DNA of 64,000 nt from an uncultured Thiotrichales bacterium (GTDB lineage Bacteria > Pseudomonadota > Gammaproteobacteria > GCA-2400775), in assembly GCA_964617475.1 (NCBI GenBank), contig CAZTYM010000010.1, forward strand, positions 4,085 to 68,084. The letters run 5' to 3'. Position 1 is the stretch's first letter. Every line of letters begins with the position of its first letter. Of this stretch, positions 1 to 9,008 are shown one piece after another. The notes beneath the pieces were generated by a model. That model was not told the DNA's origin. It did no database searches and saw only the letters and a program-made list of their open reading frames with translations. Position numbers and translations under genes: made by a program.

Positions 1-2
1 CG

Positions 3-290
3 GAAAGCCTTGCTAACGATATTAAGCTTTATGGGACTAACTGTAATAAGTTAATCGTCTGCGGCGGTGGTAGTCATAATTCAAATTTACTGCAACGAAT
101 ACAGACTGAATTACCCGACGCACAAATTAGTAATAGCAGTGATTACGGCATCGATCCAGATTTTATGGAAGCGATTCTATTTGCCTGGCTGGCTTATCGA
201 TGCATCAATAACTTAAGCGGGAACCTACCTAGCGTTACCGGCGCAAATAAAAAAGTTATATTAGGAAAAATTGCTCGGCCGAGCAAATAA
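3..290 (+). CDS. anmK: Anhydro-N-acetylmuramic acid kinase, C-terminal fragment; the 5' end lies outside the window
   Basis: Frame 3 is open from the window edge to TAA at 288-290. The translation ...LIVCGGGSHNSNLLQRIQTELPDAQISNSSDYGIDPDFMEAILFAWLAYRCINNLSGNLPSVTGANKKVILGKIARPSK matches the conserved AnmK C-terminus (GGG..N, D..EA..FAWLA, PSVTGA). The six-frame track omits it only because no Met start lies in the window. Confidence 0.7.
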   Translation, partial: ESLANDIKLYGTNCNKLIVCGGGSHNSNLLQRIQTELPDAQISNSSDYGIDPDFMEAILFAWLAYRCINNLSGNLPSVTGANKKVILGKIARPSK

Positions 291-291
291 G

Positions 292-657
292 TTAGACTGA
301 GAACGACGAACCACAGCCACACGTAGTTGTAGCATTTGGATTTCGGATAATGAAATGTTCGCCTTCGATGCCGGTTTTGTAATCGATCTCAGCGCCCATG
401 AGATATTGCATACTCATTGGATCGATCAATAACGTGACGCCCGTATTTTCAACTTCAGTGTCACCCTCATTAACCGCTTCGTCGAAAGTAAAACCATACT
501 GAAAACCAGAGCAACCACCACCGCTAATAAATACGCGCAGTTTTAACGCGTCGTTACCTTCTTCCTCGATAAGCTGCTTAACCTTGTTTGCAGCATTATC
601 AGTAAATACTAATGGCGCATCGGCAGCGGTTTCGGCGTTGATATTGGTGGCTTCCAC
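292..657 (-). CDS. erpA: Iron-sulfur cluster insertion protein, ErpA/IscA (HesB) family
   Basis: 121 aa. Contains [14 protein letters not shown] and the C-terminal CGCGSSF motif typical of A-type Fe-S carriers. Confidence 0.85.
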   Translation of the reverse strand: MEATNINAETAADAPLVFTDNAANKVKQLIEEEGNDALKLRVFISGGGCSGFQYGFTFDEAVNEGDTEVENTGVTLLIDPMSMQYLMGAEIDYKTGIEGEHFIIRNPNATTTCGCGSSFSV

Positions 658-736
658 GGGAAAATCCTTTCATTCGAAGAGGGAATTGTATAAATCTTGA
701 CCAATTTAGTCAAGTATTTGGCGGTCTCACCAGCGA

Positions 737-1777
737 CTAAGGTATTAGCGCGACGGCTTCAAGCCCACAGTTTTCCTCAAAATCAAACATGATATTCATA
801 TTTTGAACGGCCTGACCAGCAGCACCTTTAACGAGATTATCGATAACTGAGGTCACCACCACAACATCGCCACCCTGCGGTTGAAATACAGCGATACGAC
901 AATCATTCGATCCGCGTACGGATCGTGTCTCGGGATGATGACCCGGCGGCAACACGTCAACAAAGGGCTCGTCGATATAATAATCTTCATACAGTTCTTG
1001 CAGATCAAGATCCTCGACAATCAGGTCTGCATATAAAGTAGCGTGAATACCGCGAATCATCGGTGTTAAATGCGGTACAAAGGTAAGCGCAACCGCTGAG
1101 TCACTGACGCTGCTGAGTCCCTGACTAATCTCAGGTAGATGACGGTGGCCATCGACGTTATAGGCTTTCATACTTTCGCTGGCTTCGGTCAACAGAGTAG
1201 CCATGTTTTCCTTGCGCCCTGCACCACTGACACCAGACTTAGTATCAGCAATTAAATGCTCTACATCGACTAAACCCTGCTCTACCAGCGGCAGGAAACC
1301 CAACTGTACAGAAGTGGGATAACAACCTGGGTTAGCCACTAAGCGTGCTTCGGTAATCAATTCGCGATTGATTTCGGGTAGGCCGTAAACCGCCTCTTCC
1401 AGCAAATCTGGGCAAGCGTGTTCCATTTTATACCAGTGTTCCCATTCATCGGCATCTTGTAAACGAAAATCCGCTGCAAGGTCAATGACCTTAACGCCAG
1501 CGTCCAGAAGCTCGGGTACCATAGTCATCGCTACGCCATTAGGTGTCGCAAAAAATACGACATCACACTCAGCCAAATCATCGATATCCGGCGCAACATA
1601 ACGTAAATCGATATGACCACGTAAATTGGGAAATAGATCAGCGACTGGACGACCCGCTTCACTACGCGAAGTCACTACACGCAGATCCACACCAGGATGT
1701 CCGGCTAATAAACGTAATAGTTCTACGCCGGTATAACCCGTCGCGCCGACCACGCCTACTGAAATTAAATCGTCCAT
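737..1777 (-). CDS. argC: N-acetyl-gamma-glutamyl-phosphate reductase
   Basis: 346 aa. N-terminal GATGYTG Rossmann motif, an ANPGCYPT-type active-site cysteine region, and length typical of ArgC. Confidence 0.9.
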   Translation of the reverse strand: MDDLISVGVVGATGYTGVELLRLLAGHPGVDLRVVTSRSEAGRPVADLFPNLRGHIDLRYVAPDIDDLAECDVVFFATPNGVAMTMVPELLDAGVKVIDLAADFRLQDADEWEHWYKMEHACPDLLEEAVYGLPEINRELITEARLVANPGCYPTSVQLGFLPLVEQGLVDVEHLIADTKSGVSGAGRKENMATLLTEASESMKAYNVDGHRHLPEISQGLSSVSDSAVALTFVPHLTPMIRGIHATLYADLIVEDLDLQELYEDYYIDEPFVDVLPPGHHPETRSVRGSNDCRIAVFQPQGGDVVVVTSVIDNLVKGAAGQAVQNMNIMFDFEENCGLEAVALIP

Positions 1778-1867
1778 TGGAAATGGCCCTTGTAAAAGTG
1801 AATATTATAAGGACTTAGCGTCAGCCAAGTCTTTAGCATTATGTGACGGCTAAAGACCGACAAAAAA

Positions 1868-3079
1868 CTATGGAATAATGGTATCAATAAGCAACTGATT
1901 ATCTAGCGTACCCACTTTAACGCCTTCTAGCACACCTTGCAGATCACCACTGGCAGCTATCGCATCACCCGAATGCGATACCCTTGCGGTTAATACCACT
2001 TCAGAAACATTTGATAAACGCATCGCTGGAATCATGGCCATGCTGTCATCAAGCTCAAACGCTAACGGTAACTCAGCGACGGTCGCGCGCATTGCAGCAA
2101 GCGGCACGCGTGAATCCTCACTACCACCAATGGCAAAAATAAATATAACGGTTTCAGGAGACGCCTCGGCTTTAAGCTCATCGGTTATCGCAATGGTACC
2201 GCCAACGCGCGCCTGATTAGGCGATAGCCGCGCAGTGTCAGCATTGGCAATCATCTGCTCTACTTCTTTGATATTGGCTGCCATCGTTGTAGCCGACTCG
2301 GAGCCCACTGGCAATAAGTCGTGTAAGCGACGCCAAGGTACCAAAGCTGCTTCCAGGTCACCCGATTCAAACGCCGCGGTACCAAATAGCCACAAAGCTT
2401 TTTCATTGTTTGGATCAAGCTCTATAGCCTGACGTAATAAACGCACCGGCTCGCCCTGCATATTGCCGCCATTGGCCATCGCTGTTGCGTCACTCAAATC
2501 AGCAAAAAATTGAGCATCTGGTGAGACATGTTTCTCGGCTTCTTTAAACGCACTAATCGACTGTGGAAATTCACCCAACATCAAATGTGCTCTTGCCAAT
2601 ACTGTCCAAGTCTCACCATCTTCGGGATTCTCTAACACAGCTTTTCTTAAGTCAGAAACAATTTCTTGCAACTGCTCTTGTGACTGAAACTGTAAGCTTG
2701 TCGCACTAATTTCTTTTTCGCTCAGCGACTCGGGCTCGCCTAACTGAAAATAGACAAATCCTGCAAACAACGGCAAGAACAAAGCCACAACAATCGCTGA
2801 AGTGGAACTACCCTGAACAGATTTGATTTGGTCATCAGGTGTCGCCACATCACCCAATAAACCCGCTTCAATTTCTTGTTTGGCTTGTTCGTAAGATTCT
2901 TGACTGATCAAACCATTGGCTAAATCGTTTTCCAGTTCTTGTAATTGATCTTGATAAACAGAAACATTAAGCCCTTGACGAGAAATTTCTTCTTTTTCGC
3001 GCACACGCAAAAGCGGTGGCAATAAAATCAACAAGGCCACCACGGTTAACACCGCGACGGCTATCCCAAAACCAATCAT
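1868..3079 (-). CDS. ccmI: c-type cytochrome biogenesis protein CcmI (CycH), TPR-containing
   Basis: 403 aa. N-terminal membrane anchor followed by a TPR-like repeat region. It is the last gene of the ccm operon and overlaps ccmH by 4 bp. Confidence 0.75.
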   Translation of the reverse strand: MIGFGIAVAVLTVVALLILLPPLLRVREKEEISRQGLNVSVYQDQLQELENDLANGLISQESYEQAKQEIEAGLLGDVATPDDQIKSVQGSSTSAIVVALFLPLFAGFVYFQLGEPESLSEKEISATSLQFQSQEQLQEIVSDLRKAVLENPEDGETWTVLARAHLMLGEFPQSISAFKEAEKHVSPDAQFFADLSDATAMANGGNMQGEPVRLLRQAIELDPNNEKALWLFGTAAFESGDLEAALVPWRRLHDLLPVGSESATTMAANIKEVEQMIANADTARLSPNQARVGGTIAITDELKAEASPETVIFIFAIGGSEDSRVPLAAMRATVAELPLAFELDDSMAMIPAMRLSNVSEVVLTARVSHSGDAIAASGDLQGVLEGVKVGTLDNQLLIDTIIP

Positions 3080-3540
3080 TCTTTACTAGCTCCAACATCC
3101 AGTAGTTCTTTTGCACGACGATGTTCTTCCGCGCTGAGTGCAGCGGCTTCGCTAGCCCGACGTTTTCGAAGTGTAAGTATCACGGCAATAAAACCCAGCA
3201 GTAATAAAACTGCTGGGCCAAACCATAATAAATAAGTGACTGGTTTCAAAGGTGGATTATATAAAACAAAGTCACCATAACGTTCGACAAAAAACTCAAC
3301 AATCTGATGGTCACTCATTCCGGCTTCCATCATCTCTCGAATTTCTTGTCGTAAATCTTGCGCCAAAGGAGCTTGAGAACCCGCCAGAGATTCATTTTGG
3401 CAAACCACGCAACGCAGCTCTTCAGACAAAGCCAACATACGTGCTTCAATAATTGGGTTTTCAGCCATAGGTACAGCCTCTTTGGCGAAAACTGGCGAAG
3501 CTGTCATTGCTAGTAGCAGTAAGAAAACAAGTGTACGCAT
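3076..3540 (-). CDS. ccmH: Cytochrome c-type biogenesis protein CcmH
   Basis: 154 aa. Signal peptide, the LRCVVCQNESL CXXC motif, and a C-terminal transmembrane segment. Confidence 0.85.
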   Translation of the reverse strand: MRTLVFLLLLAMTASPVFAKEAVPMAENPIIEARMLALSEELRCVVCQNESLAGSQAPLAQDLRQEIREMMEAGMSDHQIVEFFVERYGDFVLYNPPLKPVTYLLWFGPAVLLLLGFIAVILTLRKRRASEAAALSAEEHRRAKELLDVGASKE

Positions 3541-4100
3541 TAGCCTTCCAGATTCTTCGCCATGGGCAGAATGTCGTTAACCAATACTTCACCCGTTAGC
3601 GGGCCAATATGTTTATAGCGAATAACGCCTTGTTTATCGATTAAAAACGTTTCTGGGGCACCGTAAACACCATAATCTATGGCTACACGACCATCTTCAT
3701 CGTAAGCGCTGGCCGTATAAGGGTTACCTAGTAAAGTAAGGAAACGTTCCGCGTTAGCGCGTTTAGGATGATCGAACGGATCTTCCGGTTGCGGCACATC
3801 TTTATAATTCAAACCATAAATAGGTATAGCACCACTCTTAGCTAGCTCCATTAACAAGGGATGCTCTTGCCGACATGCGACACACCAAGACGCCCACACG
3901 TTTAACAAATACACCTGGCCTTTTAGATCAGTCGGCGACAATGTTTTGTTTTCATCTAACAACTGCGTTAAACGAAAATCAGGCGCCGGCTTATCTATCT
4001 TAGTAGAGGGCAGTTTGCGCGGGTCAAGCGTTAAGCCAACCGCTAAAAAAACAACTAGGCCAATGAAAATACCTAGCGGCAATAAATGCTTTAATTTCAC
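3540..4100 (-). CDS. ccmG: Thiol:disulfide interchange protein DsbE/CcmG
   Basis: 186 aa. N-terminal anchor and the WASWCVACRQEHP thioredoxin-like motif of CcmG. Confidence 0.9.
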   Translation of the reverse strand: MKLKHLLPLGIFIGLVVFLAVGLTLDPRKLPSTKIDKPAPDFRLTQLLDENKTLSPTDLKGQVYLLNVWASWCVACRQEHPLLMELAKSGAIPIYGLNYKDVPQPEDPFDHPKRANAERFLTLLGNPYTASAYDEDGRVAIDYGVYGAPETFLIDKQGVIRYKHIGPLTGEVLVNDILPMAKNLEG

Positions 4101-6151
4101 TGCTTAGCCTCGAAAGACATCGCGCCTTCGGTTGCTGGATTACCAGTTGCCGATCCAGCTGATGATAGAGCGCCATCTTTTTGCTTCACACCTTTTTTAG
4201 CACGAATACGATAACGCCGATCACTGACTGCTAAGAAGCCACCCAAGGCCATCAGCCCCGCGCCACCCCATAGCCAAACTACAAATGGTTTGTAGTAAAC
4301 ACGCACACTCCAGGCGCCACCACTAACTGGTTCACCCAAAGAAACGTAGAGGTCACGCAGCGGATTCGTATGAATCGCGGCTTCGGTCATAGGCATGGTT
4401 TGCACGGTGTAAACGCGCTTTTCAGGATTGAGTTCGCGAACTGGCTTGCTGTCATCATTCAACACTTGAATCACACCGCGTTTGGCAACGTAGTTAGGAC
4501 CTTGTACATCAACTACACCATCAAACCGGAAGGTATAACCTCTTGCGTCGACCGTATCGCCCACGTCCATGCGTACATCACGCTCGATTTCGTAATGCGA
4601 TACCATGGTGACACCAACAATGGTTACCGCAAAACCAATATGACCTAGTTGTTGCCCCCAATAGGACTTACCTAAGGATGCAACGCGCTTGCTAAACGAA
4701 CCCTCATACGCACGCTTAGCCAAGCGTGTAGAAATACCGTAAACCGCCGTAGTAAAGATCCAGAACGACAGCAATAAACCAAAGCTAGCGCCTAGCGAGA
4801 ACCCTTCCATCGTAAACGGCAAAAACATTGCCACAACAAAACTAACAATAGCCGCAACTTTTACGCGTTTACCTAACTCAATCGCCGAATCTTTTTTCCA
4901 CCGCATCAACGGGCCGACACCCATTACTACGACAGCCGCAGCCATCAGTGGAATAAAGATCGCGTTGAAGTACGGAGGCCCAACAGAAATTTTACCGAAA
5001 CCTAAGGCATCAACAATCAACGGATAAAGCGTGCCTAATAAAATTGCGGCGGCGGCCACCACCATAATGATATTGTTGGCTAATAGGCTGGTTTCTCGCG
5101 ATACCATATCAAATTTACCACCTAAGCCTACGGAACCAGCCCGCCATGCATAAAGCAATAAGGACGCACCAATTACCACTACCAAGAAAGCTAAAACATA
5201 AAAACCACGTGTTGGATCAGTTGCGAAAGCATGCACTGAAACCAGTACGCCTGAACGAACCAAGAAAGTACCGAGCAAACTTAATGAAAATGCGAAGATT
5301 GCAAGCAACACTGTCCAACTCTTAAATGTGCCCCGTTTTTCTGTTACCGCTAATGAATGGATTAAGGCAGTCCCTACCAACCACGGCATAAATGAAGCAT
5401 TTTCCACCGGATCCCAGAACCACCAGCCACCCCAACCTAACTCGTAATAGGCCCACCAGCTACCCAGCGCAATACCTATGGTTAAGAACGCCCAAGCTAC
5501 GGTTGTCCATGGACGTGACCAACGCGCCCAAGCAGCATCTAATCGGCCACTAATTAACGCTGCGATAGCAAAAGCGAATGCCACTGAAAAACCAACATAC
5601 CCCATATAAAGCATGGGCGGATGAATCACCAAACCAGGGTCTTGCAATAGTGGGTTAAGATCACGCCCTTCTAGTGCCGCTGGAAACAAGCGTTCAAAAG
5701 GGTTTGATGTGAATAAGATGAACAACAAAAAGCCGATTGATACGATACCGAGCACACCTAATACTCTGGCAACCATATCGTCTGGTAACTGGCCACTCCA
5801 TAAAGCAACGGCCAGTGTCCAACCTGAGAGCATCAGCATCCACAGTAGTAGCGAGCCTTCGTGACCTCCCCATACACCGGCGATCTTATAAGCAATAGGC
5901 ATTAGGGAATTAGAATGCTCAGCGACATAGCGAATAGAAAAATCGTCGCTAACAAAACCCCAGGTCAAGCACAGGTAAGCGATAAAAACGAAACTAAATT
6001 GTGCCTTGGCTGATGGACGAGAAAACGCCACCCATGCCAGCTTACCCGTTTGCGCGCCGACCAATGAGAAAAATGCCTGTGCTAGGGTAATGCCCAAAGC
6101 CAGGATTAATGAATAATGGCCAATTTCAGGTAACAGGCTTTGTGCACTCAT
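4097..6151 (-). CDS. ccmF: Cytochrome c heme lyase subunit CcmF
   Basis: 684 aa polytopic membrane protein with the WWG/tryptophan-rich heme-handling signature. It sits between ccmE and ccmG. Confidence 0.9.
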   Translation of the reverse strand: MSAQSLLPEIGHYSLILALGITLAQAFFSLVGAQTGKLAWVAFSRPSAKAQFSFVFIAYLCLTWGFVSDDFSIRYVAEHSNSLMPIAYKIAGVWGGHEGSLLLWMLMLSGWTLAVALWSGQLPDDMVARVLGVLGIVSIGFLLFILFTSNPFERLFPAALEGRDLNPLLQDPGLVIHPPMLYMGYVGFSVAFAFAIAALISGRLDAAWARWSRPWTTVAWAFLTIGIALGSWWAYYELGWGGWWFWDPVENASFMPWLVGTALIHSLAVTEKRGTFKSWTVLLAIFAFSLSLLGTFLVRSGVLVSVHAFATDPTRGFYVLAFLVVVIGASLLLYAWRAGSVGLGGKFDMVSRETSLLANNIIMVVAAAAILLGTLYPLIVDALGFGKISVGPPYFNAIFIPLMAAAVVVMGVGPLMRWKKDSAIELGKRVKVAAIVSFVVAMFLPFTMEGFSLGASFGLLLSFWIFTTAVYGISTRLAKRAYEGSFSKRVASLGKSYWGQQLGHIGFAVTIVGVTMVSHYEIERDVRMDVGDTVDARGYTFRFDGVVDVQGPNYVAKRGVIQVLNDDSKPVRELNPEKRVYTVQTMPMTEAAIHTNPLRDLYVSLGEPVSGGAWSVRVYYKPFVVWLWGGAGLMALGGFLAVSDRRYRIRAKKGVKQKDGALSSAGSATGNPATEGAMSFEAKQ

Positions 6152-6191
6152 AGAAGTCTTCCTAAATCGTATCGTTATTATCGCTTGGCGC

Positions 6192-6662
6192 TTACTGAAC
6201 TAAGCTAGATGTACCGGGCATAGGCTGCTGTCCACCGTCACCGCCTTTAGCCATTTCTAAGGCCTCGGCCACTTCTGGCGGCATATAGGTTTCATCATGC
6301 TTGGCCAATACTTCTGAGGCGGTAAAACGGCCCGACGAATCGAGCGTACCCTGAGTAACCACGCCTTGGCCTTCAGAAAATAAATCTGGCAAGATGCCAG
6401 TATAAGTCACGGGCACCACCTGGGCATTATCGGTGACATTAAAATGCACGGTAAGACCATCGTCTTCGCGCTCGACACTACCTACTTCAACTAGGCCACC
6501 CATACGAAATAGACTGCCTTGCGGCGCTTTATCGGCCACCACATCAGATGGCGAATAGAAGAATACCTGGTTTTGCAGTACCACTACTACTAGAGCAGCA
6601 ATTACAGCGACTCCTGCCAAGCCCCCAAACACCAATAATGTGCGTTTTTGCCTAGCTTTCAT
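6192..6662 (-). CDS. ccmE: Heme chaperone CcmE
   Basis: 156 aa. Membrane anchor and the LAKHDETYMPPE motif (heme-binding His plus a conserved Tyr). Confidence 0.9.
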   Translation of the reverse strand: MKARQKRTLLVFGGLAGVAVIAALVVVVLQNQVFFYSPSDVVADKAPQGSLFRMGGLVEVGSVEREDDGLTVHFNVTDNAQVVPVTYTGILPDLFSEGQGVVTQGTLDSSGRFTASEVLAKHDETYMPPEVAEALEMAKGGDGGQQPMPGTSSLVQ

Positions 6663-6840
6663 TGTTATTTTCTCCAGATTTCATTCGATTTATACGACTC
6701 AAGCGCTGCCAGATGGTTCGTTTACGGCGGCTCAACTGTATCAATTCACCGATAATAAACACCGCGAACACGGCATACGAACCCCAGATATACCAGGTGT
6801 GCTTACCATAATCTAAAAAGCCCATTAACCCCTCCATCAC
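6652..6840 (-). CDS. ccmD: Heme exporter protein CcmD
   Basis: 62-aa single-transmembrane protein between ccmC and ccmE, overlapping both, which is the typical CcmD position. Confidence 0.7.
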   Translation of the reverse strand: MMEGLMGFLDYGKHTWYIWGSYAVFAVFIIGELIQLSRRKRTIWQRLSRINRMKSGENNNES

Positions 6841-7595
6841 GCAACCTCAGGACTAGCATCAAGCTTTTTATCATTGAGTTCGTTAACCCAAGCTGCGTGA
6901 CGCTCTCTTTCGAGGATTTCACAGCGCACGCGCTTAAGCACCACAGCGATGGAATACAGCCACGCAGCGATGGCCATAATTAGCATGACAGACAGCATTG
7001 AATCGGCCATTTCTGATTTGGTGGGTGTCACAGAAGCGCCCTGGTGCAGGGTATTCCACCATTTCACCGAAAAATAAATAATCGGGACGTTAAAAGCACC
7101 AATAATCGCCAATAAGCTACTGGCACGTGCTGAGCGACGAGGGTCTTCAATCGCCGCCTGCAGCGCAATATAGCCTAAATACATAAATAGCAGAATCAAC
7201 TGACTGGTCAGTCTTGCATCCCACACCCAGTAGGTACCCCATGTCGGCTTACCCCATAAAGCACCCGTCCACAGAGCTAAAAAACAAAATATCGCACCTG
7301 TTGGCGCCAGCGCTGTCGCCATCATGAATGACAGTCGTGAATTCCAGATAAGCCCAATCACTGACCAAAATGCCATGGCTAAATAAATCACCATAGACAT
7401 CCAGGCCGCCGGCACGTGAATGAATATAATTCGATATGACTCGCCCTGCTTAAAATCTGCAGGCAAAACAAACAAGCCCATGACGATGCCAATCACACCT
7501 AATATTAAGGCTGGTATGGCAAACCAGGGGATCATCTTGCCAGCTAGCGGATAAAAACTGACCGGCGAGGCGTATTTGAACCAATTGATACTCAT
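6837..7595 (-). CDS. ccmC: Heme exporter protein CcmC
   Basis: 252-aa membrane protein with the WGxxWxWDxRLT tryptophan-rich motif. Confidence 0.9.
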   Translation of the reverse strand: MSINWFKYASPVSFYPLAGKMIPWFAIPALILGVIGIVMGLFVLPADFKQGESYRIIFIHVPAAWMSMVIYLAMAFWSVIGLIWNSRLSFMMATALAPTGAIFCFLALWTGALWGKPTWGTYWVWDARLTSQLILLFMYLGYIALQAAIEDPRRSARASSLLAIIGAFNVPIIYFSVKWWNTLHQGASVTPTKSEMADSMLSVMLIMAIAAWLYSIAVVLKRVRCEILERERHAAWVNELNDKKLDASPEVA

Positions 7596-7625
7596 AGACC
7601 TTATAAGACTACTCTTTCGAACCCG

Positions 7626-8291
7626 CTATTCTATCGAAATTCGTAGTGCTGCGGCTACGGTCCAGGGCGTTAACATGAGCGCTAATATCAACATTGCGCC
7701 TAAAAAAGCGAAATTTGCCACCACACTAATGCCAACCACGGCATTGCCGACGGCGCCAGCACCAAATACCAACACGGGTACAAATAAAGGTAACACCAAA
7801 AGCGATATCAATACCCCACCACCACGCAGACCCAGGGTCAGGGCAGCCCCTACCGCGCCGAGCAAACTTAATATGGGGGTTCCCAGTAATAATGTACCGA
7901 TCAAAATCCAGGTGCCCTGGCCATCTAAACCATATTGAAGGGCTAAAAGTGGTGAAATTAGCACTAAAGGCAAGCCTGCTACCAGCCAATGGGCGACTAC
8001 TTTGGCAAAAACGATTAATGAAGTGGAAAACGGCGACATCAACATTTGTTCCAGCGTACCATCGACAAAATCAGCGCCAAACAGTCGCTCAAGCGAAAGC
8101 AAAGATGCCAGTAAGGCCGCCACCCATATGACTCCAGGCCCCATCTTTCTGAGGATTTCTGGCTCCGGGGTCATCGCCAGCGGAAATAAGCTGGTAACGA
8201 TGACAAAAAAGAATAAGGTCATCAGCATATCCGCACGACGCCGCAACCCGAGGGTCAGGTCTCGCCGTAATACTGTGCCGAAAATACCCAC
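7626..8291 (-). CDS. ccmB: Heme exporter permease CcmB
   Basis: 221-aa polytopic membrane protein immediately downstream of, and overlapping, the ccmA ATPase. Confidence 0.85.
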   Translation of the reverse strand: MGIFGTVLRRDLTLGLRRRADMLMTLFFFVIVTSLFPLAMTPEPEILRKMGPGVIWVAALLASLLSLERLFGADFVDGTLEQMLMSPFSTSLIVFAKVVAHWLVAGLPLVLISPLLALQYGLDGQGTWILIGTLLLGTPILSLLGAVGAALTLGLRGGGVLISLLVLPLFVPVLVFGAGAVGNAVVGISVVANFAFLGAMLILALMLTPWTVAAALRISIE

Positions 8292-8926
8292 TAGGCCTTA
8301 CCTAAGGTAATTTCGCGGACATAACGCTCAGCAAGCGGTACGTCTTGGTGAGTGGTCAATAGCGCCATCCCACCAGCGTCTAAATGCGCCTCAATCAGGC
8401 TAGCAAGCATGGCCACAGCTTTAACATCAAGTGCGTTAAAAGGCTCATCTAGCACCCATAATTTAGCTTTGCTGAGCAATAAACGACATAAACCAACACG
8501 CCGGTGCTGCCCTTGGGAGAGCTGTTTAGCATAGACATCCTCAAAACCTGCCAGGCCCATTTTGGCTAGCGCAGAAACCATCGCCTCTTCTGAAGCTTGC
8601 GCGGCTTGTAATTGACTATCTATGCGTAAGTTTTCGATGGCGGTGAGATCACCTTTCACGCCATCCAGGTGCCCCAGGTAGAGCAATTCTTGATGATATT
8701 CTTCGCGCTGTTGCTTAACAGGCTTACCAGACCACTGCACCTCGCCTTCGGTAGGTAATAACAAGCCTGCGATAATTCTTAGCAAGCTGGTTTTGCCGGC
8801 ACCGTTTGGGCCTCGAACATGCAACAACTGACCTGGCTCTAGGGAAAAACTTAAGCCATTCAGTAATTGTCTATCGCCACGTTCGCAATAAAGGCCGCTG
8901 ACCTGCAGCATAGGAAATTTCCGCAA
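8291..8926 (-). CDS. ccmA: Cytochrome c biogenesis ABC transporter ATPase CcmA
   Basis: 211 aa. Walker A GPNGAGKTSLLR, ABC signature LSQGQHRR and Walker B LWVLDEP. First gene of the ccm operon. Confidence 0.85.
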   Translation of the reverse strand: MRKFPMLQVSGLYCERGDRQLLNGLSFSLEPGQLLHVRGPNGAGKTSLLRIIAGLLLPTEGEVQWSGKPVKQQREEYHQELLYLGHLDGVKGDLTAIENLRIDSQLQAAQASEEAMVSALAKMGLAGFEDVYAKQLSQGQHRRVGLCRLLLSKAKLWVLDEPFNALDVKAVAMLASLIEAHLDAGGMALLTTHQDVPLAERYVREITLGKA

Positions 8927-9008
8927 AAGAAAAGCGCGAAATTATACCCGATGACGCCCTATTCTGGGCAGCAAACTTACTCTACGTTATTTCCATCAGT
9001 TTGCGTAA

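Noticed and set aside
1820-1867. Hairpin gtctttagc/gctaaagac downstream of ccmI as a terminator
   Set aside because: On the minus strand the T-run precedes rather than follows the stem, so it does not have intrinsic-terminator architecture. At most it is a weak structure.
7576-7938. 120-aa plus-strand ORF, Pro/Thr/Ala-rich, overlapping ccmC and ccmB
   Set aside because: It is antisense to two well-supported ccm genes, has low-complexity composition and no recognisable motifs. It is a typical spurious antisense ORF.
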